Below, piece after piece: positions 13,726 through 26,589 of a stretch of DNA of 64,000 bases. Location: positions 65,782,001 to 65,846,000 of the forward strand of contig NC_135659.1 in NCBI RefSeq assembly GCF_964188315.1, given 5' to 3'. The position numbers and the translations under genes were made by a program. Source of the DNA: Podarcis muralis. Its lineage: Eukaryota. The notes below the pieces were generated by a model. The model did no database searches. It worked only from the letters and a program-made list of their open reading frames with translations, and had not been told where the DNA came from. Position 1 is the first letter of the stretch. Each line of letters opens with the position of its first letter.

Positions 13726-14887
13726 TAAAGGAAAGGGTAAACTCTTCTCCCCTTACACCCCCCATTGCTTCTTTACAGTACCCAAAAAAATGTTAAGGGC
13801 TCTAATCACAAATCTCTGTTTTGACCCTTAGCTACACACTTAAAATGAAAAATGCTGCAAATAACATCTACAGCAAGAGGAAACTGCAGTGTGCACACCA
13901 GAGAAACTACCGGTAAATATTAGTATTCAGAGGCTGCAGCCAGCTATGCAAACAGTAGTTGATGACACTCAGAAAAAAAGGGAAAAGAGAAAAAAACACT
14001 TTTTTCCAAGTTACAAGGCAAAATAATGACATTCAGATTTGAATAACCTTCATCTGCAGTGTCTGCCCTGCAGGTATTTGCTGGAGCTAATAAATCCCCT
14101 ATTTTAGGTAATGAGACAGCAACTTCAGCTGTGTAAGCAGAGAAATGGACATGGATTTTAATAATTCAGGCAGAAAAAGCAAAAGAGGTGCGGAAACCAA
14201 GTGCATTTCATTCTGAAATTCAAAATGATAAAACCTGATGTGTGTGTGCATGTGTATTTACATCCGAGCAGCTGAAGAAGATGGTAGGCGAAACATTTTA
14301 CTGTAAGAATTTAATATCTGTGTTTTCTTAGTCACTATAACATGCATTCAGAGTGTAGTATAATATTTGGTATATATTGAGCTAAGCAAAACTGCAATAG
14401 AACCACTTACTTGACTGCCTGAGGATCTCACTCTGACTGTGGAAATCCCTGCACAAAACATGGACAACATGTTGACTTCTTATGATTTTCATGGAGTTTA
14501 CCCCATCCTGTAGCCAGCTATAAGCTCCCTCTTAGTACCAAGGAATTGGGTAGGTTGCTGATCATTGTTTAATTGTTTCCTCCCAATCAATCTGATCAAT
14601 TTAAAGATGAAAAGTTTGGCCAGACACTTTCTTTTTCCTCTTGAGTGTATACATTAATTCACCTATTTTTATCTCATCCACGGCCATTATGGAAGCCGCT
14701 ACAACATAGATTGCATCACCAACTATAAAATTAGAAACATCTAACAAATAAATTTAAAATGTTATGAGAGATAATGATGACAACAGTTAAGAAAAGACAG
14801 AGCAAAATAACAGCAAAACATAATAGAGAACAGGGTGTTTTGAGTTATCCCTCTTCCACCGAACTCTTATCCCCCTGCAATAACAGT

Positions 14888-15317
14888 TGTTGTTTAGTCG
14901 TTTAGTCATGTCCGACTCTTCGTGACCCCCTGGACCAGGGCACGCCAGGCACTTCTGTCTTCTACTGCCTCCCGCAGTTTGGTCAAACTCATGCTGATAG
15001 CTTCGAAGACACTATCTAACCATCTCGTCCTCTGTCGTCCCCTTCTCCTTGTGCCCTCCATCTTTCCCAACATCAGGGTCTTTTCCAGGGAGTCTTCTCT
15101 TCTCATGAGGTGGCCAAAGTATTGGAGCCTCAGCTTCAGGATCTGTCCTTCCAGTGAGCACTCAGGGCTGATTTCCTTAAGAATGGATAGATTTGATCTT
15201 CTTGCAGTCCATGGGACTCTCAAGAGTCTCCTCCAGCACCATAATTCCAAAGCATCAATTCTTCGGCAATCAGCCTTCTTTATGGTCCAGCTCTCACTTC
15301 CATACTTTACTACTGGG
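14888..15317 (-). mobile_element. Bov-B (RTE clade) LINE, 5'-truncated
   Basis: Encodes YGSESWTIKKADCRRIDALELWCWRRLLRVPWTARRSN...; 9-bp TSD AATAACAGT at 14879-14887 and 15318-15326. Confidence 0.96.
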
Positions 15318-15326
15318 AATAACAGT

Positions 15327-15334
15327 ATGTATGT

Positions 15335-15391
<57 letters not shown>

Positions 15392-15392
15392 T
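15327..15392. repeat. Compound (AC)n(AT)n(AC)n microsatellite
   Basis: Read directly. Confidence 0.95.
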
Positions 15393-15595
15393 ATACAGCA
15401 GTTGGATGATCTGATCCGCCTCAAAGAAAATTTTCTGGTCCACCAAGATTCCACCCGTTTTGCAATGGCAACAAAAGAGGGCAGGGGATGAAAGTACAGA
15501 AATTGCTTTGGGGGCAGGGGGTAGAGAGCCTGAGAGGGGTGAAAATCATCCATTCTCCTGTCATCAGATCCGTGATCTTCCAGAGCCTTCCAGAG

Positions 15596-15912
15596 CAGGG
15601 GTAGGCAAACAAAGGCCCGGGGGCTGGATCCAGCCCAATCGCCTTCTAAATCTGGCCTGTGAACGGCCCAGGAATCTGTGTTTTTACATAAGTAGAATGT
15701 GTCCTTTTATTTAAAATGCATCTCTGGGTTATTTGTGGGTCCTGCCTGGTGTTTTTACATGAGTAGATTGCTTTTATTTAAAATGCATCTCTGGGTTATT
15801 TGTGGGGCATAGGAATTCATTCATATATTTTTCCCCAAAATATAGTCCACCCCCCCCCAAGGTCTGAGGGACAGTGGACTGGCCCCCTGCTGAAAAAGTT
15901 TGCTGACCCCTG
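15596..15912. mobile_element. hAT-type MITE with an internal ~65-bp tandem duplication
   Basis: TIRs CAGGGGTAGGCAAAC / GTTTGCTGACCCCTG; ATTTAAAATGCATCTCTGGGTTATTTGTGGG occurs twice; no clean TSD. Confidence 0.75.
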
Positions 15913-15985
15913 ATCTAATGTGTGGAGAAGGGATGATAACCTCACTCCTCTGCTGAGCTGCAAGAGAAGGATCTGTGCCTGTTTA

Positions 15986-15986
<1 letters not shown>

Positions 15987-16022
<36 letters not shown>
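15987..16022. repeat. (GT)n microsatellite
   Basis: Read directly. Confidence 0.95.
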
Positions 16023-16023
<1 letters not shown>

Positions 16024-16139
16024 TGCACATGTGTGTGTAGCCACACCCACTTTTACTCACACCTAGCTCTGTCTGTTGTGTGCCCCCCCCAAAGGACTAG
16101 CCAAGGTTTAGTGTGTCCCTCAGGCCAAAAATGTTAGTC

Positions 16140-16430
16140 ATCTTACACTGGCTGGAATCTTACCCAATAATGATCTAAGGGAACAAGTAGTTTCTTAAGG
16201 TAGTCCTTTAGATGTCCTGGTTCCAGGCCATTCAGAGTTTTAAAGGTCAATATTAGCACTGTGAACAAGGCCTGGAAACAGACCACAACCTGTGAAGCTG
16301 GCATAATATTTCCATACTGTCCTCCATTTGCCAAATCCCATTTACTGCTCTGGTGCTGCATTTCAGATCACTTTTCAACAGCTGCCCCCATAGCTAGAGA
16401 TGCAGCTCCATCTTGACTTGCCCTATCAAT
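16140..16430 (-). mobile_element. L2 LINE ORF2 C-terminal fragment
   Basis: Minus frame FTVLILTFKTLNGLEPGHLKDYL matches the L2 motif. Confidence 0.8.
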
Positions 16431-17109
16431 TGTCCCCTTAAATGAAAACTGATCACAAACTTGCATTCCAGTCCTTTCATTTGTCCCATAGGCTATTTGA
16501 TATATTTTGCATGCAGTAAGGATCTATCAATTCGACAATCATGCAGCATTTCAGCTGTAATAACAGATCTCAGGGAGGGGGGAAACAACCCTATAATTTG
16601 CTTTCATTGCATAGGGAAAAAATCTAGGGCAATCTTAAAGCAATGAATAACTTTTCAGATATTAGTGCACATGGATTGGAAGAGGTAGTCATTTTCTCAT
16701 AACTGCCATGCCACAAAAATCAGATAGAATCATTTCGGGAACATGGTGTTGTCGCTTGCTTGAAGGTTATTTTTGACAGCAGAGTGTTTATAGGAAAAGG
16801 GGGCTGCAAGAAAACACTGTGTGCAAGAAAAAAACCCAACCATTCAAGGTCTCACTTTGTTATTGTTGTTGTTATATTATTATTAATAATAATAACATTT
16901 TGCATCCAGATTGCACTTGTTGGAAGTTAAATCCCTTTGTGTGCATTTTCTCACTAGTCTTTTCAACAATCCATTAAGCAAGTCAGTATTGTCATCCCTG
17001 TGTTGCAGAATGGGAACAGATGGGCCTAATCCTGAGGTACTTTGACTTGCTTAAAGCCATTCTAGAGAGATCAAGTCTGAGGTGAGATTTGTATTGAATA
17101 TTTCACAGC

Positions 17110-17472
17110 TAGGAATGGATGAAACTGTCTATTTCAGTTTCTCTGAATTTTAAAAAAATCCTCTTAAAAATTCATTAGCATTTTAGTGTGAATTTCTCTA
17201 ACTTTTGTGTACAATTTTGGCTAATTTTCATATTTTTTCAAGCAATATAGCTTACATTTTGTATGACATTTTCATGTGTGCGCGCACGTGCGCACGCAAT
17301 TTGCTCAATATACACTTTATATACATTATTTGGATGGACAACTCTGCAAAATTTGGAAAGGCCTGAATTAATAATGATAGCTGTGTTTTGGTTTGTGCAT
17401 TGATTCAAGAAATGCAAATTAGGTAGTATCTCATTAAAATGCAAACTAAATTGAAAATCTTCCCCATCCCTA
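17110..17472 (-). mobile_element. AGGGATGG-ended MITE-like repeat
   Basis: Ends CCCCATCCCTA; inverted homologue of the 5110 and 60560 copies. Confidence 0.55.
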
Positions 17473-17570
17473 TGCACAATTCACACTTAGCCACTACTTA
17501 AAAACACACCAGTTAGCCACTGTTTGAAAGTACTACACTACATGGTTGTTGTTTATTTAACGTTTATTAA

Positions 17571-17890
17571 CGCATGGTCGGCGGTTCGAATCCCCGCGGC
17601 GAGGTGAGCTCCCGTCATTCGGTCCCAGCTCCTGCCCACCTAGCAGTTCGAAAGCACCCCCGGGTGCAAGTAGATAAATAGGTACCGCTTTATAGTGGGA
17701 AGGTAAACAGCGTTCCGTGTGCTGCTCTGGTGCCGGTTTGCCAGAGCAGCTTCGTCACACTGGCCACGTGACCCGGAAGTGTCTGCGGACAGCGCTGGCT
17801 CCCGGCCTCTAGAGTGAGATGAGTGCACAACCCTAGAGTCTGTCAAGACTGGCCCGTACGGGCAGGGGTACCTTTACCTTTACCTTTACC
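17571..17890 (+). mobile_element. Sauria SINE, 5'-truncated
   Basis: Starts at CGCATGGTCGGCGGTTCGAATCC; (ACCTTT)n tail; same variant as the 31941 copy. Confidence 0.93.
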
Positions 17891-18289
17891 TAAAGATTTT
17901 CTTGGTTTACAAAAGTATGTGCAATGTCTCTCTCTTTTTTCCCAAGTAATATTTTTTCATTTGTTGAGACATTAGGAAGAAAAGGGGGAAAGAGGTGGAG
18001 GGGGGAAAGGTGAATGGGGGTAGGGTCGGGTGGCAATGTTTCTGTTTTACTTAATATATGTGGGGGTTTGTGTCAGCGTCGCTTGTGCAGGTTCTCTGCT
18101 ATTCACTTGTGTTCTACACTACATTGTTTAGTCACTGACTAATCAGTATGGTTAGGTTGTCAAGGAGCAAAGAGATTTCTGATACGAAATCAGGACTTCA
18201 TGGCAACCATGGAACCAACTCAACCATGTCACCAACCCAAGACATCAAGCAAGGCATACGCTCAATGTAAGTTCCCTCAGATACCCTCA

Positions 18290-18430
18290 ATGGTATCTGA
18301 AGAAGTGTGCATGCACACTAAAGCTTATACCCAGAACAAACTTAGTTGGTCTCTAAGGTGCTACTGGACAATTTTTTTAATTTTTTTCATTTATTTCGAC
18401 TGCATCAGATCAACATGGCTACCTACCTGA
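18290..18430 (+). mobile_element. Penelope-like element terminal fragment
   Basis: CTGAAGAAGTGTGCATGCACACTAAAGCTTATACCCAGAACAAACTTAGTTGGTCTCTAAGGTGCTACTGG resembles reptile Penelope termini (from memory). Confidence 0.6.
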
Positions 18431-19699
18431 ACCTCAATGTAAGTCTTTCCCCCAAATGTTGTGAGGGGTGTTCTGAAGGTAGAGACAGTCCATTATGATT
18501 ATCATCTGGTGAAGTTGGGATTGGTGGTGACAATTCCCTTGCAGGTGTGGTGGACCTGTCTGAGACAGATGGAAGGTGGTGGTTTCTGAATGCTCTGCGG
18601 TATTTTCAAGCAGAGAAAACCAATGATTCCATTGAAGCTCTGGTCTCACAGTTAGTCTAATTCAGCAGGGCTCTTCATACATATGTACTTAGCTATAACA
18701 ACTTGTGCCATTGCCTACGTTTGAGCTCAGGTTATCTTACGCAAGTTTTGTCTCTTAAGAAAGGGAGGAGAAATGGGTTTGTTCAGACATGATTCATGTC
18801 TACCTGCAAGGCTTAGCAGCTGTCCTTCAGATGACTTCTACTACCTACAAAACACCCAGAATCAAATTCCAAGTATAATCATGGAAAATCTGAGGGGGGA
18901 AATAAATTCTATGACATTACCGTTCTTCAAGGATTTTCCATTTTAAACAATTTGTATTGTTCATTTTTTAAGAAAACAAAAACATGTTTGTCTTGAGGTG
19001 ATATTAAAGATGACCAGACTCATTGCTCTGGAGAAATAGTAACTGTAAAGTTCATGAAAGCCAGATGTGTCAAGGAGACTCATGGAAATGATCACTATCA
19101 GCAGCCTAGCTGCAAATACAGAGAGACACACTGTTCCTGCCAGCCTTTTTGCTCAAGCAAATTATGAGATAAGCAAACTTTGTTTTGCATTACCCATTAC
19201 TTGCCGGTTAGTATCTGGCTTTGCATCTCAGTCAGAGAATTGCATGTGTCTTTGTCACATTGCTATAAATATCTGGATGCTCCTTTAGTCTGCCTCAGTA
19301 GCCTAGTCAGCCAAGAAATGGCCTGCTTCTCCAGTGCTGAGGAAGGGACACAAAAGCTATTTCCTTCTCTAGAAAGCCACCCCACAACCTGAGCACACGC
19401 ATGCACACCTACACACACATAGTGAGACTGCATAAGAAAACCAGTACAGTGCAGCTGTTAAAGATTCCATGTTGTAGGGAGAAGCTGTGGGTCAGTTGCA
19501 GTGCAGCGACTTTGCAAGCAGAAGCTCGCAGATTCAATGGCCAGCATTTCTAGATATGGCTGGCAATATCCTGTCTGCAACGCTGGACAATCGCTACCAA
19601 CCAATGTAGAAAATTCTCAACTACCGGTAGAGGGACTCATGGTCTCACTTGGTATAAGGCTGCTTTCTGCATACCCTCCAACATTCCTCAGATGAAAAT

Positions 19700-19761
19700 A
19701 ATAACATTCTTTTCTTGTTGTGAACTGCCCTGAAATCTACGAGTATAGGGTAGTATACAAA

Positions 19762-19815
<54 letters not shown>
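19700..19815 (+). repeat. L2-type 3' end with expanded (TTG)n tail
   Basis: TGTGAACTGCCCTGAAATCTAC...GTATACAAAT followed by about 18 TTG units; similar ends at ~34275 and ~63390. Confidence 0.75.
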
Positions 19816-22789
19816 ACATCAGTGTCGTCCCCCCACCCATGCCCCCTATATTCCAATGGAATATGGGGAAAGGGTGGGGCTGGCTGAGCTGCCCTAATGG
19901 CTGTTAGCAAGAGGAGTATGTAACAATACCATACCGGCAAATGTCTTGGTTGTACGCGGGAGCCTTAGGTGATACATGGTAAAATCACAAGGCTTTCATC
20001 CCTCTGTCTTGGGTGCCAGAGGAGGCACCTGCACTGGATGTTTACAAGGCAGCACTTCTGTGCCAGAAGCATAGTATGTATGGTGGGCAGCTATGACCAC
20101 CGAAGGGCTCCTGTGGGCCTGCACAAGCAGACCCCTTTAGGCCACTCCCGCTGCCACCATCACTGTATTTGGAAGCGTTGAGCAGTAGCCTACTGACTGG
20201 CAGAGTTCCGCCCCTTCCCCTCTCCATGCGTCCTCCTCCACCACCGTGAGGGGCCAGGCCACCTCCACCTCCTCATCCTGCTCCCCCCTTTCTCTGCCCC
20301 CTTTCCCCATATTCAGGACTCTGTGTGACACAGTGAGAAGCTGTGATGGCTTAAGGGTTTTCGTGACAGTCCTGGCATTTTCTGGACAGTTGGAGACAAT
20401 GCTTTCTGTATTCTGTGTTTTCCATGCTCCTGCGGTAGTGTAAGGCAGAGGTGGGCAGAAATTGGATCAGGGTGTACTAGTAGATGTTTGAGTGATTTAC
20501 AGTAGATTGGTAACAGTTTCTTATTTCCAGTTGTCTCTAGCAACCACTAAAAAAAGCTTTCTCATTCCACCCCAAAAGCAACTAGACTGCTGAAAAATAC
20601 GCTAGCAGTGGATTTTTATGTGAAAGGACTGGTGGATTTCTGGTACTGAGAACAAATTCCTAGTCTATGTGTGTGCTCAGAGGAACCCTGTTTCTTGTAT
20701 GCCCACCTGTCTGAACCTGACACCAGTTGGTGAACCTCAGGGTTCTAATAAAACACACAAACACTATGTAGGCTGTGCAAGCCTGAAGTTTGTCCCTTTT
20801 GCTGTAAGACTGTTGTTTGAGGAAAAGCCTAGATGAGCATCTCAGTGCATCTAGTCAAGAAGAGGCACCATATGGCCTTCAAATACATGCTCTCAAAAAT
20901 TTAGAACCTTCCTGAAAAGTAAAACCACTGAGTGTACTGATGCTGCTCCAAAGTAACTCTTGACTCCTCCTGGGTAGTGTTTGAGGAAACATGAAAGCAA
21001 GCTGAAGGAGATGAGTAGTGTCCAAAGAGCTCCAACCACGTGTATAGATATTTTCTTCCCTTCCAACCTAATTGGAATATGCCAAGTGGCCTGGGGAGAA
21101 ATAAGCACAACCAGAGTATCTTGTTAGCATTTGTGGCTTGGTCTAAACTGGGACAGCAGGCCCATAAGGCAGAGCTTTTCAGACTTTTCATGTTGGTGAC
21201 ACACTTATTAGACATGCGTCATTTCACAACGCAGTAATTCAGTTTTACTAGCAATCCGGAGGTTAAACTAACCCCTTTCTAGCCCCATGAGGAGCGTGGG
21301 GAGTGTTCACGTGACACACCTACACACTGCAGACGACACACGGCACACAGTTTGGATAGCAAAATATGATGGGTTTCATACTGGCATATCCGAGATCTGA
21401 AACAGGCCACAGAACCATTCGGCTGCAGTTGTAGACAGGACTGACTGGGGGGGGGGGGGCGGATCTGTAATTTTTCATTATTCACCTCACATTCTCACAG
21501 TTTGTTTCTCTGATTATTTTTTATTTTTTTATTTTGGAACCCTTAGGTTTCCACTGCACTAATAATGACTCTAAATGTTCACTGATTCTTTAAGACAATT
21601 TCATGCTAACTCATTTCCAATTTCAATGTTGCCCTGGGGAGGGAAATGTTCAGCTTTATGCTGCAATAAAACCTGTTGCATACAAATTAAAAGGTGCTCT
21701 TTCCAGCATATCAAAGTCAGTTTGTCTACTAATTCAAATACAAGCATATAATTAGGAAAAAGAGTAGTGCTCTTGGATATTAGACAAGCCAAACATGGTA
21801 TAGATATACATTATTTTCCCTTTGAAAATGACCCTTGGTCATAAGCATTAAGATGTTGGGACACTTCTGGTATATATTTTTGTGGAAGTCTCCACTTCCA
21901 GGCTGGATAGCAGAATATGATGGGTTTCATACTGACAGATACAAGATCTGAAACAGAGCTCAGAATCACTCTAGATCTGATCATGCCTGTGGACTGATAA
22001 AATTGACATCAGACAGCTTTGTGGATTGCAGGTCTCTGCACATGTACAGCAAGATGTTCTCAGCCCTTCCCTTTTTTGTATATTGCATAACAATTATGAT
22101 TTCTTTGGTAGGGGGTACACTGCTCTCTGTGTGCAAATGCATCAGTGGAGTGGCTGCTGGTTTGTTGTGGTTTGTAAAGAAACTTGAATCCACAGCTCTG
22201 GCAGGTGCAGCCTCTGTGTACTGTATACACATGAAAAGTAGCACAAATCAACCTATCTGGTCTGGACAGGAGCTTAATGGGAATCTGAAAATGCCCCCAA
22301 TGTGACAAGCAAGATAAGACCCAATACTAAGGATGGATGCCTTACAATATTCAAAGAGAAAAGGCTATCCCTCACAGGAGTTTGTTCCGGATATTTCCTT
22401 CCCCCCCCCCCAGCTTTCTCCTCCCTCCCCAACACACACAATGGCAGCCCTGACAGATGAGTTATTTTCTAATATTTTTGTATCCATCTTTTATTCCTTC
22501 TTTCTCATGTTGGTGTGGGTGAGGTGCACCCTGTTTGGAACCAATTTTCTTATTCCTTTTAGTTTCTTTCTTTGACACCTGATTTATAGTACTTGTTTCC
22601 TCAAGAGAACAGCAATATCAAAGTTCTTTTTTATAAAAAAAATAAGCAAATTGATATAACGAATAGAATAGCAAACATAAATTCAGAGTGCTTCTCTGGA
22701 CTATTTCATAGTACTGGAGAAAACAAAATGGTGGCCACTCCAAATCTTCACCACTAAAAAGAATCTCAATCCTCCACCACCCACTATAT

Positions 22790-22910
22790 ATATGTAGATA
22801 GATAGATTGATTGATAGATAGATGATAGATCAATAGACTGGTGTGTGTGTTTGTGAGGGTGGGGAGGGAGGAAAGAGAGAGAGAGAGAGATTGAGAGAGA
22901 GAGAGACTCA
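22790..22910. repeat. (GATA)n and (GA)n microsatellite cluster
   Basis: Read directly. Confidence 0.85.
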
Positions 22911-24746
22911 ACAGCCCCAAACTCTCCAATCTTACTCATATTGACTTGGAAACAACTCTCACTGATTTCAGTGGGGGTGATTCTCATGCAGCTATAACAA
23001 AGGATAACATAATATAAGTTGACTGTGTCAGGCAAACAACCCTGAGTGGGGCAGGCATCTTCTCCCATATACTCCGTAATCCAACTGGCATTGTGTGTTG
23101 TTTCCCCAATATTACGAAGGAGAGGACAACTGAGCGGCTTGATACTTGTGTTTGCACCCATGGAGAACAAGGATTTTACCAACCTCTTAACACATTACTA
23201 CATTTTATTAACATTAACCTCAACACCCTGCCATTCTCCAAAGCCGTTCATATGTCATCAATATGTTTCCATGGTCTCCCAGCTAATATGAATAGCAATT
23301 CCACATGGAGCACAGGAGTGGCCCCATCAATGGGCAGGGTGAGGAGCCTGCATCACAGGGTACAAAGGGAAGCAAATTGTCAGTCGTTTAGCTTGTTACC
23401 AGTGAAATGGTTATCGTCTGGGGGGTTTTCTCCGTCAGGCACCAAAATATCTCAAACCATCCCTCTTAGCAAGGGGCTACCATACAGTATGCTGACAAAA
23501 TGCTTTTTAGAAAGTCTGCATCTGTTGCCTCTCTTTCTCATCTTTGTGATTCTGGACAGTTATTCTAGCTTCAAACCCTCAATCCAAATGCCAGGACAGA
23601 GAGGTCAGGCTCTGCAGTGCAACATGTTCTGTGATGGAATTCACTGATACAAGGAAAGCTTTCCAGAACATTATAAATTGCCGCAGATCCATTCTGTGCA
23701 GTGCTTCTCTTTCTCCTTTCGTTTGTAATAAAATTGTCAGCCAAGGAGAATTTGCACCATAAGAAGAGAAAAGCAAGCAAAGCAGCCAGCAGGAACTGCA
23801 GTCCAGGAAACATCTGTTGACTGATTCTGGAAAATAGCGACTCTGTGTATCTCAGAGATAAAGAAACTCGGTCCTTGACAACTGTGGTGTAGCTGAAAGG
23901 CAGAAAACTCAACCAGTTGTGGTGATAGCATTATACTAAGGAAATATGGGCTCCATCAGTCACATGCTGTTCCTTGTCATTACAACATTTCCCTATAGCA
24001 TCGAGAACCAAATGCAGAACTGCAGCTGAAGACTTACCAATGATGTGTTGAACTGTGTGCTTACCTTAGCCTTGGAAGTGTCGCTCTTTTTCATAAAACC
24101 TAAAATAACATTTGGCTTTTGTGCCACAGGATTTGAGGCTTCAGTCTCATTCAGCTGGTGCCCCCTTTAACTCATGAATCTTTCTCAAAAGTGCTTCACT
24201 ATACAAAATCTGGACTATGCATTTATCCAGCCTCATCTGCCTGGTGATTGGAAGGTAGTTGACACACAGCAAATTGTGTGTAGGCCACATTTCTGGTATG
24301 TAATATAAGGGAAATAATAACACACACTTGTGACCCACACATGGTTTCATTTTGTTCATTTTATTTAAAATGTGTGTTTCCATTAGCTCAAGGAGCCTAG
24401 CAAATCAGACACACAAAGAATATGCACATGACATTGTTTAAAAACAAAAAAAATAAAATAAACCAAGACCAGAATAGTCATTAAAAAAGAAGTAAAGTTG
24501 TTGAAATCTATCTCAAAACAGCCATGGATGCAACTTACGTCTCCACTGCCACTCAGTGAGCTGTTAGAGTACAATGGGTAACCACAATGTGATAATTTTT
24601 ATTTTCTTCTTACTAGCTGTTCCTCTGCCAAAGTTCTTTGAGTTTCAGAAGTATAAAAGTACAAACAACAAATAACCCACACCCACAAAACACATTGGGT
24701 TGTATTTAATTGACCTGACTACATTGGGTTGTATTCAGCTTAAGGT

Positions 24747-24940
24747 GGAAAGGCCATAGTTCAGTGATAGAACATCTGCCTTGCAAGCAGAAGAACCCAG
24801 GTTGAACCCCTGCCATCTCTAGGGGTTGGGAGAGACTCCTGCTTAAAACCCTGAGCTGCCCCTGCCAGTCAGTGTAGACCGTACTGTGCTAGATGAACCA
24901 ATGGTCTAACTTGGTATAAGGCAGCTTCTTATATTTCCTA
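24747..24940 (+). mobile_element. tRNA-derived SINE (Squam3-like)
   Basis: tRNA-like head GGCCATAGTTCAGTGATAGAAC...GGTTGAACCC; tail GCTAGATGAACCAATGGTCTAACTTGGTATAAGGCAGCTTC. Confidence 0.8.
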
Positions 24941-25294
24941 ACTTTTATTCAGTGCAGACCCACCTAATTATGGGCCTTAGTTAGTAATGGTCATTCATTT
25001 CAGTGGGTCTGCTCTGAGTAAAAGTTAGTTTATACAACCCACTGCATGGTATTCAATAGTGGCAACAGAGTTCACATCAAGGAGAGATGAGAACTGGCCA
25101 AACCCTTCCCTAATCCAATGACAGATTCCTTCCATCAATGAAAGCTTCAGATGTCAGGAGGACAGGTCCCTAAGGCCAATCTCAGTACAAGGCTGGATCA
25201 TGCCGGAGAAGACAATTGTTGAATTAAGAGTGGGGATTATTTTTATTCACTGCAACCTTGAAGAATGTGTACCTACTCCCCAAATCATAATAAT

Positions 25295-25470
25295 ATTTTA
25301 ATTATTTGTACCCTGCCCATCTGACTGGGTTGCCCCAGCCACTCTGGGCAGCTTCCATCATATACAGAAACATAATAAAACATCAGACATTACAAACTTC
25401 CCTATACAGGGTTGCCTTCAGATGTCTTCTAAAAGTTGTAGAGCTACTTATCTCCTTGACAAATCCAGCA
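25295..25470 (-). mobile_element. L2 LINE 3' end
   Basis: Same family as 57180-57335 and 59160-59520 (CCCAGCCACTCTGGGCAGCTTCCA). Confidence 0.8.
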
Positions 25471-26044
25471 CTGTCAGTTGGTTGCATTTTCAGACAGTTG
25501 CAATATGGGTTCCTGCTTATTTCTGAAGGCTACCATTTTTGCCAAAACTATACTTTGGATGCCAGCTACCACCAATTGCTCTGTGGGAAGAACAGGAGAT
25601 CAAGAAGGGCAGGTGGGGAAGTCACCACAGTTGGGCTGTTTTTGCCCTTCACTCCACATGGCCAAAAACCAGAAACTGTCCTGCGGTAAGGATCCCAGGA
25701 AAGCAAGGATGGCAGGTGAAGAAGACATCAGGAGCCTGCTGTTGCTCCGGCTGGAGTTTCTCCTCCACACACAGAGCCATCTTCTAACAGTTGGTCTCTT
25801 GGAAGGGCGCGGCCCCCTGACTTCTAATGTACTGCTATTGCTTACTGTGTCCTTTTTTAAGTGCCTTAAGTCACATGTAACTCACCTTATAAGGATTTGC
25901 ATCCTGAAAAGTGGGCTATAAATTATTGTATTTTTTAATGTTGTGTGTTTATTATTGCCTGTTGTGCACTTGGCAGGCAAATAGGTCATGGTGGAGGCTG
26001 GGGGTTGGTTTGAAGTCTATTGATGTCACAAAATGAAGTGTCAA

Positions 26045-26135
26045 GATTTGACGATGACCACTAGCTTAGATGGTTCCGAAACAGGATTAGACAAATTCAT
26101 GGGGGATAACACTCTCAATAGCTACTAGTCATGAG
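26045..26135 (+). mobile_element. CR1 3' fragment
   Basis: CACTAGCTTAGATGG...GGATTAGACAAATTCATGG, typical of reptile CR1 3' regions. Confidence 0.55.
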
Positions 26136-26589
26136 AACTATACAGAGCAGCAGCACACCAACAAATACAATCTTCCAGCGCTTTATTTTTCTGCAGAAAA
26201 TTTCCACCTCATAAGTTAATTAGTAGCGATGAATGGATGCCAACTGCAATTAAATATTATGCAAGCTTGGCGGTTCAAAGTTTGTAGCTTTGTTTACTAT
26301 ATACAAATAAAATAGGAAAGCTAAATTAGATACTCTCCCGAGCATTAGAAAATGTTCCAATGCAAATGACTCTAATTTCCATTTGGTAAGTTTTCCAGAA
26401 AACCCACATCACGGCTGGGAAGCGTACTCACATCCCACTTCTTTTCAGATGGACATAACTAAGGGCTCGTCCCCACTTCTGCATGTCCCATGACTAGAAT
26501 GGTTTTCCACTTGTCCCGTGACTTTCTAGGCACAGGTCCAATGAGTCTTTCATCTGTCCTGCCACTTTCCCCAGGAAAACCCACTTTTT

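Noticed and set aside
14906-15553. 215-aa ORF and its 189-aa antisense ORF
   Set aside because: Bov-B fragment plus microsatellite; not a host gene.
19737-19940. Poly-Q ORF
   Set aside because: Translation of the (TTG)n retroposon tail.
19950-20540. GC-richer island tested as a viral or gene fragment
   Set aside because: No frame gave a recognisable protein; probably a decayed repeat. A BLASTX would settle it.
23093-23647. 184-aa ORF (also 29910-30389, 159 aa)
   Set aside because: No recognisable motif or exon structure; length is compatible with chance.
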